Positions 16,314 to 24,801 of a stretch of 32,000 nt of DNA are shown piece by piece; position 1 is the stretch's first letter; each line of letters begins with the position of its first letter. Origin of the DNA: Akkermansia muciniphila ATCC BAA-835 (GTDB taxonomy: Bacteria; Verrucomicrobiota; Verrucomicrobiia; Verrucomicrobiales; Akkermansiaceae); the NCBI RefSeq assembly GCF_000020225.1, contig NC_010655.1, positions 2,400,001-2,432,000 on the forward strand. Direction: 5' to 3'. Position numbers and translations under genes: made by a program. The notes under the pieces were generated by a model. It had not been told where the DNA came from and made no database searches. It saw nothing but the letters and a program-made list of their open reading frames with translations.

Positions 16314-17741
16314 ATGAAACAGGCAATTACGCTTTTCCTGTGCGCCTGCGCCCTGCCGACCGCTCTCCTTCTGCCCCATGCTCGTGCGGAAGGTGTCATT
16401 ACGCTTAAATCCGGGGAAAAACTGCCGGGCAGCATGGATACGATGAACCGCCCTTACCTAAAGGTCCGTTCCAGCATTCTTTCCAAACCCGTGGATGTCC
16501 ATATGGGAGAGCTTGACGAGCTGTCCTCTTCCCGTCCGCTGGAAATACCGGAACAGTTTTCCATCATCAGGCTGGCCAATGGGGACGAGGTTTACGGCAC
16601 CCTGAAGGCGCTGGATGCGGAAAATCTTCAACTCCAAACCGCTTGGGGCGGCCTGCTTCAGATGGACCGCAAATATGTGCGCCACATCGGGTTCGACTCA
16701 CAAAAAGCCTACCTGCGCAACGCTACGGAATCCCTGCAGGGCTGGGAGTCTTCAGCCAAAAGCACGCTGCCCGAATGCCGCAACGGATACTGGCTCATGC
16801 GCGGCTCCAATAATACGGAACTGCAAACTTCCTTCCCCATGCCACCCCGCCTCCATGTGCAGTTCTCCCTTTACCATACCAATACGTTCCGGATTAATCT
16901 TGCCCTCTGGAAGGATTCCGAATCCGGAAACAGCATCAACCTGGATCTCTCCCTGGAAAAAGCGGAACTTTCCAAGAACAGTTCCGGCCAGTACCGAACG
17001 CTTGGCAGGGTGAAAAGGAACACGGAGCGGAACTGGTATGCCGACAAGAGCGTCAAGCGTTCCGACGTTCATTTTTACGCCGATCCGGAAAAGGGCAATT
17101 ATTACCTGTACGTCAACGGTGAACAGGTAGCCCGGTGGGAGGAAGTCAAAGAGATGGACACTATCTTTGAAAACGAGAGCGGAGACAATGAAGGGGAAGA
17201 TGGAGAAAGCGCCGGGAAATACGAATTCAAACCGGGAAACACTCTTGCCCTGGGAGGTTATGACAGCTTGAACATGGCCGTATTCCATTTGAATGTATTT
17301 GACTGGAATGGAGCCATTCCCCATCTGGAGGAGGAGCTGGACATCATTTCCCGTTACGACCCGACCGCCCCCAGAGACAAGGCCCTGCTGGTAAACGGAG
17401 ACGTGCTCAGGGGAGCCATTTCCCTTCAGGAGGAAGGCTCCATCCGCATCAAGTCCGACCATTATGACGTCACCGTTCCCACCGCCAGGGTACGCGCACT
17501 GGACCAAAAAGGCCATGAAGAGAAGGACCTTCCAGAAGACAGCTCAGACACCCGCGTTTTCCTGACGGACCAGAGCGTCCTTTCCCTGGCCCTGGAAACT
17601 ATCCGGAACGGGGTCATGGAAGGGCGCTCATCCGCAGTCGGCAAGGTCCGGATTCCGCTCCAATCCGTCAGAAAGGTCCAGTTCAACCTGCAAAACCCGG
17701 AGCTGAGGAAGCAGAGGGAAACGCCGTTCCGGTGCAAATAA
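16314..17741 (+). CDS. Secreted protein of unknown function (paralog of 14860-16302)
   Basis: 475 aa with a signal peptide (MKQAITLFLCACALPTALLLPHARA). It has the same repeat / central domain / repeat layout, e.g. IIRLANGDEVYGTLKALDAENLQLQTAWGGLLQMDRKYVRHIGF. It starts 11 nt after the previous stop. Confidence 0.7.
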   Translation: MKQAITLFLCACALPTALLLPHARAEGVITLKSGEKLPGSMDTMNRPYLKVRSSILSKPVDVHMGELDELSSSRPLEIPEQFSIIRLANGDEVYGTLKALDAENLQLQTAWGGLLQMDRKYVRHIGFDSQKAYLRNATESLQGWESSAKSTLPECRNGYWLMRGSNNTELQTSFPMPPRLHVQFSLYHTNTFRINLALWKDSESGNSINLDLSLEKAELSKNSSGQYRTLGRVKRNTERNWYADKSVKRSDVHFYADPEKGNYYLYVNGEQVARWEEVKEMDTIFENESGDNEGEDGESAGKYEFKPGNTLALGGYDSLNMAVFHLNVFDWNGAIPHLEEELDIISRYDPTAPRDKALLVNGDVLRGAISLQEEGSIRIKSDHYDVTVPTARVRALDQKGHEEKDLPEDSSDTRVFLTDQSVLSLALETIRNGVMEGRSSAVGKVRIPLQSVRKVQFNLQNPELRKQRETPFRCK

Positions 17742-17808
17742 AGGCTTCTCCGCCAGGCCGTCCTTTCCGGAGAAAGCCGGCTGCCGGGAAAGCCAGAAGA
17801 AGCATCCG

Positions 17809-18615
17809 TTACCGCTCCTCCATTTCCTCCGCGCGCCGTACGGCACTTTTCACCGCCTGAATCCAGGCATTGCGGAAGCCGCATTCATCCAGCGCATTCA
17901 GGGCGGCAATCGTGGTCCCTCCGGGGGAAGTGACCTCATCCCGGAGCGCCATGGGATGCTTCCCGGTCCGTTCCAGCATCAGGGAAGCCCCCCGCATGGT
18001 TTCCGCAGCCAGCCCCAAAGCGGTTTTCCTGGACAATCCCATGGCTACCCCTGCGTCCGCAAGCGCATCCAGAGCCGTAAACATGTAGGCAGGACCGCAA
18101 CCGGAAATGGCGGAAACGGCATTCATCCCGGATTCCGCCACCTTGTAAACGGAGCCGCAGCCGGAAAGCAGCATCCGGGCAGCCTCTTCATCTTCATCTT
18201 TTACGCCGTTTCCCGTACTGTAGGCGATGACGCCGGCCAGCACCATGCACGGGGTATTGGGCATGGCGCGTATAATGCGCGTTCCGTCGCTGGCACAGGC
18301 TTCCATATCATCCAGGGAAACGGCGGCTGCGATAGAAATCAGAAGGGGAAGCTCCGCCCCCCGTTCGGAAAGAGAGGAAATGAGCGGAAGGACGCCGTGC
18401 GGCTTCACGGCCAGAATCAGGACTTCCACGGCGTCCGCCGCATCCGCCTCCGAGGCAGCTTCATGAACTCCGGGGTATTCCTCCTGCAGGGCCTGCACGT
18501 TTTCATGATGATGATCGTACACCCAAACTTCCTCCGGAACCGCTGCTCCGGATTTCAGCATGCCCCGCAACAGGGCGCCTCCCATTTTTCCAAGTCCGAT
18601 GATACCTGTTTTCAT
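17809..18615 (-). CDS. proC: Pyrroline-5-carboxylate reductase
   Basis: Preferred start MKTGIIGLGKMGGALL (ATG at 18615). The track ORF extends to 18672. Motifs: RAMPNTP, SGCGPAYMF and VTSPGGTT. Confidence 0.9.
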   Translation of the reverse strand: MKTGIIGLGKMGGALLRGMLKSGAAVPEEVWVYDHHHENVQALQEEYPGVHEAASEADAADAVEVLILAVKPHGVLPLISSLSERGAELPLLISIAAAVSLDDMEACASDGTRIIRAMPNTPCMVLAGVIAYSTGNGVKDEDEEAARMLLSGCGSVYKVAESGMNAVSAISGCGPAYMFTALDALADAGVAMGLSRKTALGLAAETMRGASLMLERTGKHPMALRDEVTSPGGTTIAALNALDECGFRNAWIQAVKSAVRRAEEMEER

Positions 18616-18685
18616 GGTTGATAATTTTTTACAGTCAACATATAAGCGATTTATAGAAAATGGAAATGCCAATTAAGGCCCATGG

Positions 18686-19348
18686 TTATGGACGAGAATG
18701 CGTCATTTCCGCGTTTGTTCCCTCCGGCCCTGTTATCAACGTCTCTGGCTGGACCTGCGGTTGGGATTTTGCGTACTGGGCCGCGTTGCAGAAACAGCCC
18801 TCAATATGGTCGTTGACAAACCCGGTTGCCTGGAAAAACGCATAACAGATCGTCGGACCGAAAAACCTGAATCCCCGCCTTTTCATGTCCCTGCTCATGG
18901 CTTCCGACTCCGGAGAAACAGCGGGAATCTGAGCCAGAGCGCTGAAATGGTTAACAACGGGCTGATGATTGGGGAAAAACGACAAGACGTACCGGTAAAA
19001 ACTGCCGAATTCTTCCTGAACGGCCATAAACAGTTTCGCATTATTGACAGCGCTGTTGATTTTCAAACGGTTTTTGACAATTCCATCAAATCGCATCAAC
19101 CGTTCCACATCTTCTGCCGTCATCCGCGCCACTTTCTCCACATCAAAGCCATGGAAGGCTCTCCGGTATCCTTCGCGCTTCCGGAGGATAGTAAGCCAGG
19201 ATAATCCCGCCTGGGCGCTCTCCAGCACCAGAAATTCAAATAGGGTTTTGTCATCGGAAACAGGCCTGCCCCATTCTTCATCATGGTATTTTATGTAAAG
19301 TTCATCGGTTCCGGCCCAGCCGCAACGCGCATTGATGATATCCTTCAT
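18686..19348 (-). CDS. tag: DNA-3-methyladenine glycosylase I
   Basis: From the ATG at 19348: MKDIINARCGWAGTDELYIKYHDEEWGRPVSDDKTLFEFLVLESAQAGLSWLTIL..., a classic Tag N-terminus with zinc-site residues, plus a ~30-aa C-terminal extension. The rest of the 426-aa track ORF overlaps the permease gene and is not credible. Confidence 0.9.
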   Translation of the reverse strand: MKDIINARCGWAGTDELYIKYHDEEWGRPVSDDKTLFEFLVLESAQAGLSWLTILRKREGYRRAFHGFDVEKVARMTAEDVERLMRFDGIVKNRLKINSAVNNAKLFMAVQEEFGSFYRYVLSFFPNHQPVVNHFSALAQIPAVSPESEAMSRDMKRRGFRFFGPTICYAFFQATGFVNDHIEGCFCNAAQYAKSQPQVQPETLITGPEGTNAEMTHSRP

Positions 19349-19359
19349 ACGGTTGCGCC

Positions 19360-20286
19360 TTAGAATTCCTTTTTCCTGAACAGCCACGCCGCCAGCGTCA
19401 TGTGAAAGACGAAGTATCCCAGCGTAATCAGGGCCAGGGTTCCGAACAGGGAAAGGGGAATAAGCCGTCCGTTCAGGGCGGAATCCGTCACGGAATAAAT
19501 CTGGAAATTCGGAAAAACCAGGGAAAAGAGCCTGCTGCCCGCCACCTCCCACCAGGAAAGGCCATCCGTGCCGGATCCCACCCACAGGGAAAGAGCCTGC
19601 GTCTGGAACAGTCCCGCCAGATAGATCATGAACGTCAGCAGCGCGCTGATAATGGTGCCGTTCGTCACGCAGGACATCAACAGCGTGAGGGAGGAAAGCA
19701 CGACAAACTCGCACATCATCACGCCCAGCCCCGTCTGCACGTTCCAGGTAGCTCCCTGGAGGCGGATCCTGTCCAGGTACGGCTGCATTTCCTCCAACGT
19801 ATAACGGCCTTTCAGCGAGGCTATCTGCTCCGCCACCACCGTATCCGTCCGCATCCACAGCACCAGCGTCATTACGGCATCCATCAGCAGAACGGCAACC
19901 AGGGTCAGGGCCAGCACCCCCAGAACCTTCCCCATCAGATAGTCGATGCGCGGCACCGGTTTGCAAAGGATAGTGTATAGAATACGGTCCTCCGCATCCC
20001 TGGGAATAATCAGGGCCGTGGCCGCCACGCAGAAAAAGAGGCCGAACACCCGCATGGCGCCGTAGGCGGAGTTTTTCAGCAGCACGAGTTCATTGATTCC
20101 CCCGGTTTCAGGTCCCAGCACCGCGCTCAGGCGGAAGGAACTCAGAGCCAGCAACGCCACGGCGAAGAGCCCAAGAAAGAGAAACACCTTCATGCGCACC
20201 AGCTGCGTAAAGGTGGTACCGGCGATTACGGCCATGCGCCCGGGCGAAGGTATATAACCGGAGGTAATCCATGCCATGCGGATCAT
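19360..20286 (-). CDS. ABC-2 type transporter permease
   Basis: 308 aa with about six TM helices. The layout includes a long loop after TM1 and an IPRDAEDRILYTILCKPVPRIDYLMGK motif, as in ABC-2/NosY-like permeases. It ends 11 nt upstream of tag. No ATPase gene is adjacent. Confidence 0.7.
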   Translation of the reverse strand: MIRMAWITSGYIPSPGRMAVIAGTTFTQLVRMKVFLFLGLFAVALLALSSFRLSAVLGPETGGINELVLLKNSAYGAMRVFGLFFCVAATALIIPRDAEDRILYTILCKPVPRIDYLMGKVLGVLALTLVAVLLMDAVMTLVLWMRTDTVVAEQIASLKGRYTLEEMQPYLDRIRLQGATWNVQTGLGVMMCEFVVLSSLTLLMSCVTNGTIISALLTFMIYLAGLFQTQALSLWVGSGTDGLSWWEVAGSRLFSLVFPNFQIYSVTDSALNGRLIPLSLFGTLALITLGYFVFHMTLAAWLFRKKEF

Positions 20287-20385
20287 CTTGCCGTATTCCG
20301 GAGCAAATAAAAGAGCTTTTTATTTCATGTGCTGAACTCCTTCCGCCTTGAAGAAGCGCTTCTCCCGTGTTCTCATGGAGCGCGT

Positions 20386-21333
20386 ATGAGTTTACGATCC
20401 CAGCTGGAAGAACTGCTCCCGGAACTTTTGCCTTCCGATCCGACCCAGGCCATTAAGGGAACAGAACTCATCCGCCTGGTGCGCCTGAGGCTGGGAGAGG
20501 AATATTCGGACGCATCCCTGCGCTACCATTTTTCTTTCATGGCTTCCGAGCCGGATTCGGAAATCGCCAAGGTGGAACGCGGCCAGGGCTATTACAGGCG
20601 CATGAGGGAACGGGACGGGCAGCGCGCTCCCAGAGGGCTTTTGCCCCTGTTCCTCGGGGAAAACGAACCGGACGCCCTGAACTGCCGCGCCAAGGCGCTG
20701 GCCCTGGCCGTGCGCCAGTACGATACCACGGGCCGCGGCGTTTTCGTGTTCAGTACCAGTGAAACCGGAACTTCCTGGGTAAAACCGGATCTGGCCGTTG
20801 TGGAATGGCCGGAGGGGGAATGGGAGGGAAACGCGCTTGTTTTTGACAAAAGCGCACTTCAGCGCCGCCGCATGATCGGGGCACCCATGATGGGCATCCG
20901 CAGCGTCTGCGTAGCCCGCATGCCCGGTGGAGAAGACGGCAGAAGGGAATTTTTCAGGACTCTGGCCACGTCCCGCTGGGCACAGTGCGGAGAACTGGTC
21001 ATTGTGGGGGAACTGCCGGATGATTCCGAATGCGCCGCCCTCCGCGGGCTGGCCGCCGAGTTCGGCGTAGGAGTGCTTTGCCTGGAAATTGCGGACGAAC
21101 GCCTGGGAGAACTCCCCGGCGCGGAGGAAATTTTCAAAGCCGGAGATGAAGAATGCGCCGCCCTGCTGGCGGAACTCACACCCGTACGGCTGGCCGCCGG
21201 AAGGCTGAAGACGCTGGAGGCAGATACGGGGGAAACCCTGGGCGGGGAATTCGGAGCCCTGTTCGACTGGCTGGCCGCCTGCCTGGAACGCGGCAGCGTG
21301 GAAGAATATGAATTCCGCGTCTCCTGTTACTGA
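20386..21333 (+). CDS. Hypothetical cytoplasmic protein with an N-terminal winged-helix-like domain
   Basis: Preferred ATG at 20386 (MSLRSQLEELLPELL...); the track start at 20329 is a GTG. The N-terminal ~70 aa (…IKGTELIRLVRLRLGEEYSDASLRYHFSFMAS…IAKVERGQGYYRR) resemble Mrr_N/HARE-type wHTH domains. That call is pattern recall only, and I do not recognise the rest. Confidence 0.55.
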   Translation: MSLRSQLEELLPELLPSDPTQAIKGTELIRLVRLRLGEEYSDASLRYHFSFMASEPDSEIAKVERGQGYYRRMRERDGQRAPRGLLPLFLGENEPDALNCRAKALALAVRQYDTTGRGVFVFSTSETGTSWVKPDLAVVEWPEGEWEGNALVFDKSALQRRRMIGAPMMGIRSVCVARMPGGEDGRREFFRTLATSRWAQCGELVIVGELPDDSECAALRGLAAEFGVGVLCLEIADERLGELPGAEEIFKAGDEECAALLAELTPVRLAAGRLKTLEADTGETLGGEFGALFDWLAACLERGSVEEYEFRVSCY

Positions 21334-21412
21334 ATGCGGCGGAGAGATTCTTGACAGAACTTGCGTATTAAATTAAAGATTTTCCCGGCTCCAACCCGCC
21401 CTTCCCCCTGAC

Positions 21413-22462
21413 ATGGAACAAGAAACACTGGTTTACCCGCTTGCGGACAATACTGTTCTGCAAGACAAATATACGATATTGAGCGTGCTGAACGCCGGCG
21501 GCTTCGGCATCACGTACCTGGCTCTGGACAACCCCGGTTCCCGGTATGTCGTCATCAAGGAATGCATGCCGGACGCCTACGCCTGCCGGGATATGGAAAC
21601 CGGCGTTGTCCATCCCCGGAACGAACAGACCGCCGTCAATTTTTCCCAGAGCGTTTCCAATTCCCGGCAGGAGGCTTCCGTCCTGTCCCAGCTCAACCAT
21701 CCCGGCATTGTCCAGGTGTTTGACATGTTTGACGCCAACGGCACCTGCTATTACGTCATGGAGAATATCCAGGGACAGACCCTGTTCGACCTGATGACCA
21801 CCATGCACGCCACCGGGCAAACCATGGAACCGGCCCAGGCCACGGATCTTCTGTTCCGCCTGCTGGACATCCTGCACTACCTTCACTCCATGGGTGTGTA
21901 CCATTGCGACATCAAGCCGAGCAACATCTTCATCCAGCCGGACGGAACGCCCAAGCTCATCGACTTCGGCGCCGTGCGCACCAAGACCCTCCAGCATCAG
22001 GGGCTCGTCCAGATCACGCCCGGCTATACCCCGCCGGAATTCTACCCCGGACGCCGGAGCGAAATAGGTCCCTGGTGCGATATGTACGAACTGGGCGCCA
22101 CGTTCTACGAATTGCTCACGGGCCAGGTTCCCCATCCTGCGGACCAGCGTTCCGTGGTGGACCGCAACCCGAAAGTGACTAGTTACGCGGCCCTGCGGAA
22201 AACTTATCCCATGAACTTCCTTTCCGGAATTGACAAAGCCCTGTCGCCGGACGAACGCAACCGCTTCCATTCCGCCAAGGCATGGAATGACTATATCAAC
22301 GCCATGGCGGCGGCAGGCACCCTGCAGGCCGGCGGAGTATCGAGGAAGGCTCTTCCCCAGGCCAGGAAAAAATCTTCCGCAGGCACGGCTTTCCTCATCA
22401 TCCTGCTCATCGCAACGGCAATCGGCTGGGTATGCTGGAAACAGGGTCTGCTTAACTTCTGA
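21413..22462 (+). CDS. Hanks-type Ser/Thr protein kinase, C-terminally membrane-anchored
   Basis: 349 aa with GGFGITY (G-loop), VVIKE, HCDIKPSNIF, DFG and TPGYTPPEF motifs. There is a single C-terminal TM helix (AFLIILLIATAIGWVCW) and essentially no extracellular domain. Confidence 0.85.
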   Translation: MEQETLVYPLADNTVLQDKYTILSVLNAGGFGITYLALDNPGSRYVVIKECMPDAYACRDMETGVVHPRNEQTAVNFSQSVSNSRQEASVLSQLNHPGIVQVFDMFDANGTCYYVMENIQGQTLFDLMTTMHATGQTMEPAQATDLLFRLLDILHYLHSMGVYHCDIKPSNIFIQPDGTPKLIDFGAVRTKTLQHQGLVQITPGYTPPEFYPGRRSEIGPWCDMYELGATFYELLTGQVPHPADQRSVVDRNPKVTSYAALRKTYPMNFLSGIDKALSPDERNRFHSAKAWNDYINAMAAAGTLQAGGVSRKALPQARKKSSAGTAFLIILLIATAIGWVCWKQGLLNF

Positions 22463-22590
22463 TTCCGGCCGCTTTCCGGCGGAAACATTGAAGGGTGATG
22501 TCCGCAAAGACACGCCCCCCCCAACGCAACAAGGGCTGAACCTGACGGTCCAGCCCTTGCCAATCCGGAATTGAACGGGAGAACCAGCCT

Positions 22591-24054
22591 TTACAGGCTT
22601 TCCCCGAAGTCCCGGCGGTATTTGGCCGCCAGTTTTTCAGGCCAGTCGCTCTTGGCGCGGAGCTTGCCCATGAAGAAGCGCAGGACGGGCGGTTCCTCCA
22701 CAAATTCCAGGCCGCCAATCAAATCGCGGTTGTCATAGAGCCACTTCATGCGGTCCGCCACATATTTCACCTGGGATAACGTGAAAACACGGCGCGGGAA
22801 GGCCAGGCGGAGCAGTTCCACATCCGCCAGAATGTCCTTGCCTTTTTCGTCGCGGACGCTGGAAAGCGTGCCGCGTTCCATGCCGCGCACGCCGGAGGCG
22901 ATGAAGAAAGCCGCCGCCAGAGCCCCGGCGGGATAGTCCTCCTGCGGGATATGGGGCAGGAAACGCCCTGCGTCAATATGGGCGCCCAGACCGCCAGCGG
23001 GGGTTACGCAGGGAATGCCCATGTCCACCATCTGGCCGATGAAATATTCAATGAAGGAGGGGCTCTGGGAAATCACAGTCAAATCCGTGGTTTCATACAG
23101 GCCTACGGCCATGGCCTCAATTTCCCGCACGGAGATGCCGCCATAAGTCAAAAAGCCTTCAAAGAGGGGAACGAGATGCTCCATTTTCTTGGCAATGGCC
23201 CGGTCGTTCGTGCAGATGCCGCCGCCGCGGGAGGAGGAAACCTTGCGGGCGGAAAAATACACCAGATCCGCCAGTCCGCACATGGTCTTCAGGATGTCCG
23301 CGCAGGACGCATCCCTGAACTCGTCTTCACGCATCTTGATGAAGTAGGCGTTTTCCCCGATCAGGGAGGCGTCCAGCACCAGCATGATGCCGAATTCATC
23401 GCAAATGCCGCGGATTTCCCGCATGTTGGCAATGGAGAAGGGCTGGCCGCCAATCAGGTTGGTTGAGGCTTCCATGCGCACGAAGGGGATTTTGCCCGCC
23501 CCGTGACGGGCAATGCAGTCCCGCAGCTTGCCGGGGTCCAGATTGCCCTTGAAGGGATTGGTGCTGACCGGATTGACGGCTTCATCAGCCACCAGTTCCT
23601 CAATCTTGCCGCCGTTCAGGTCAATATGGGCGTGCGTGGTGGTGAAATGGTAGTTCATTGGAACCACGTCCCCGGGCTTCACGAAGGTGCGGGCAATGAT
23701 GTTTTCACAGGCGCGCCCCTGGTGGGCGGGCAGAAGGTATTCCTTGCCGAAGACATCCCGGACAGCCTGCTTCAGGCGGTCAAAGCTCTGGGAACCGGCA
23801 TAGGCGTCATCCGCCCGGAACATGGCGGCGATCTGGTTGTCGCTCATGGCGTTGACGCCGGAATCCGTCAGCATGTCCAGATAGACATCGTTCGTGCTGA
23901 GCTGGAAGGTGTTGAACCCGGCTTCCCGTGCGGCTTCCAGGCGGCGTTCCACGGGGACAAGATGCAGCTTCTGCACCACGCGGACTTTATGCAGTTCCAG
24001 GGGAATTTGTTCCCCATTGTAAAATTTGACAACGTTGGATGGTTCTGAATTCAT
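22591..24054 (-). CDS. Beta-eliminating lyase family enzyme (tryptophanase / tyrosine phenol-lyase type, PLP-dependent)
   Basis: Preferred ATG at 24054 (MNSEPSNVVKFYNGEQIPLELHKVRVV...). It aligns by eye along its length with E. coli TnaA (LDMLTDSGVNAMS, PAHQGRACE, NAYFIKMRE, PLP-lysine context FSARKVSS, LLRLAFPRRVFT). I cannot decide Trp vs Tyr specificity by eye. Confidence 0.85.
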   Translation of the reverse strand: MNSEPSNVVKFYNGEQIPLELHKVRVVQKLHLVPVERRLEAAREAGFNTFQLSTNDVYLDMLTDSGVNAMSDNQIAAMFRADDAYAGSQSFDRLKQAVRDVFGKEYLLPAHQGRACENIIARTFVKPGDVVPMNYHFTTTHAHIDLNGGKIEELVADEAVNPVSTNPFKGNLDPGKLRDCIARHGAGKIPFVRMEASTNLIGGQPFSIANMREIRGICDEFGIMLVLDASLIGENAYFIKMREDEFRDASCADILKTMCGLADLVYFSARKVSSSRGGGICTNDRAIAKKMEHLVPLFEGFLTYGGISVREIEAMAVGLYETTDLTVISQSPSFIEYFIGQMVDMGIPCVTPAGGLGAHIDAGRFLPHIPQEDYPAGALAAAFFIASGVRGMERGTLSSVRDEKGKDILADVELLRLAFPRRVFTLSQVKYVADRMKWLYDNRDLIGGLEFVEEPPVLRFFMGKLRAKSDWPEKLAAKYRRDFGESL

Positions 24055-24207
24055 AAAATAAAAGGTAAACAAAAGTGTAGCAGAATGAATCTTTTCCGCA
24101 ACATAAAAGGACAAACGGCCTTTTTTTGCCTCCCGCCGTAAAGGCAGGAATGACGCTGGAAGGAAAAATGTGGAACTTTCCGGAGGGAGTTTCTAGCGTG
24201 GCTCCCT

Positions 24208-24801
24208 ATGAAAAAATACTGGAAATTGATTCAACAGCACCTGAGCGTGGATGCGGACGGCATCCCCGGCCCCAAGACGGCGCTGGCCCTGCTGGACAGG
24301 CTGGGCATCCGCCAACCGGAACAATCCTGGCCCAGCCAGGAGGAAGTGCGCTCCGGGAAATCCGTCTTCGGCCGTGCGGGTGATGAAAGCAACATGACCA
24401 GCATCAAGCTGCCTTATATCATGCGGCTGGCGTGGGAAACAAACACGACCGTTTCCACCATGCGCTGCCACAAGCTGGTGGCGGAACCGCTCGTCCGCAT
24501 CTTCCAGGCTACTCTGGACCATTACGGCATGGAGAAAATCAGGGAACTGGGGCTGGACCTGTACGGCGGCTGCTTCAACAACCGCTCCATCATCGGCGGA
24601 AAGGCCACATCCATGCACGCCTGGGGAATCGCCGTGGACATAGACCCGGACAGAAACGGCCTGAACATCCCCGCGCCGAAAGCGGTATTGTCCGGACCGG
24701 AGTACGCCGCCTTCTGGCAATTCGTGGAAGCGGAGGGGGCCGTATCCCTGGGACGCTCCCGCGACTACGACTGGATGCACTTCCAGTTCTCTACTCTTTG
24801 A
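24208..24801 (+). CDS. M15-family (LAS) zinc peptidoglycan peptidase, endolysin-like
   Basis: 197 aa. It has an N-terminal PG-binding-like fragment (LSVDADGIPGPKTALALL) and an LAS metal site (SMHAWGIAVDID ... DYDWMHFQF). I see no signal peptide. Confidence 0.8.
   Translation: MKKYWKLIQQHLSVDADGIPGPKTALALLDRLGIRQPEQSWPSQEEVRSGKSVFGRAGDESNMTSIKLPYIMRLAWETNTTVSTMRCHKLVAEPLVRIFQATLDHYGMEKIRELGLDLYGGCFNNRSIIGGKATSMHAWGIAVDIDPDRNGLNIPAPKAVLSGPEYAAFWQFVEAEGAVSLGRSRDYDWMHFQFSTL

Noticed and set aside
19349-19966. N-terminal ~205 residues of the 426-aa ORF 18686-19966
   Set aside because: It overlaps the ABC-2 permease gene in another frame and has a nonsense-like composition. Tag homology starts at the internal ATG at 19348.
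22531-22558. 8-bp stem hairpin (aagggctg/cagccctt, 12-nt loop) between the convergent kinase and lyase genes, as a bidirectional terminator
   Set aside because: It has no U-tract on either strand and a long loop. It may still act as a terminator, but I cannot support the call.
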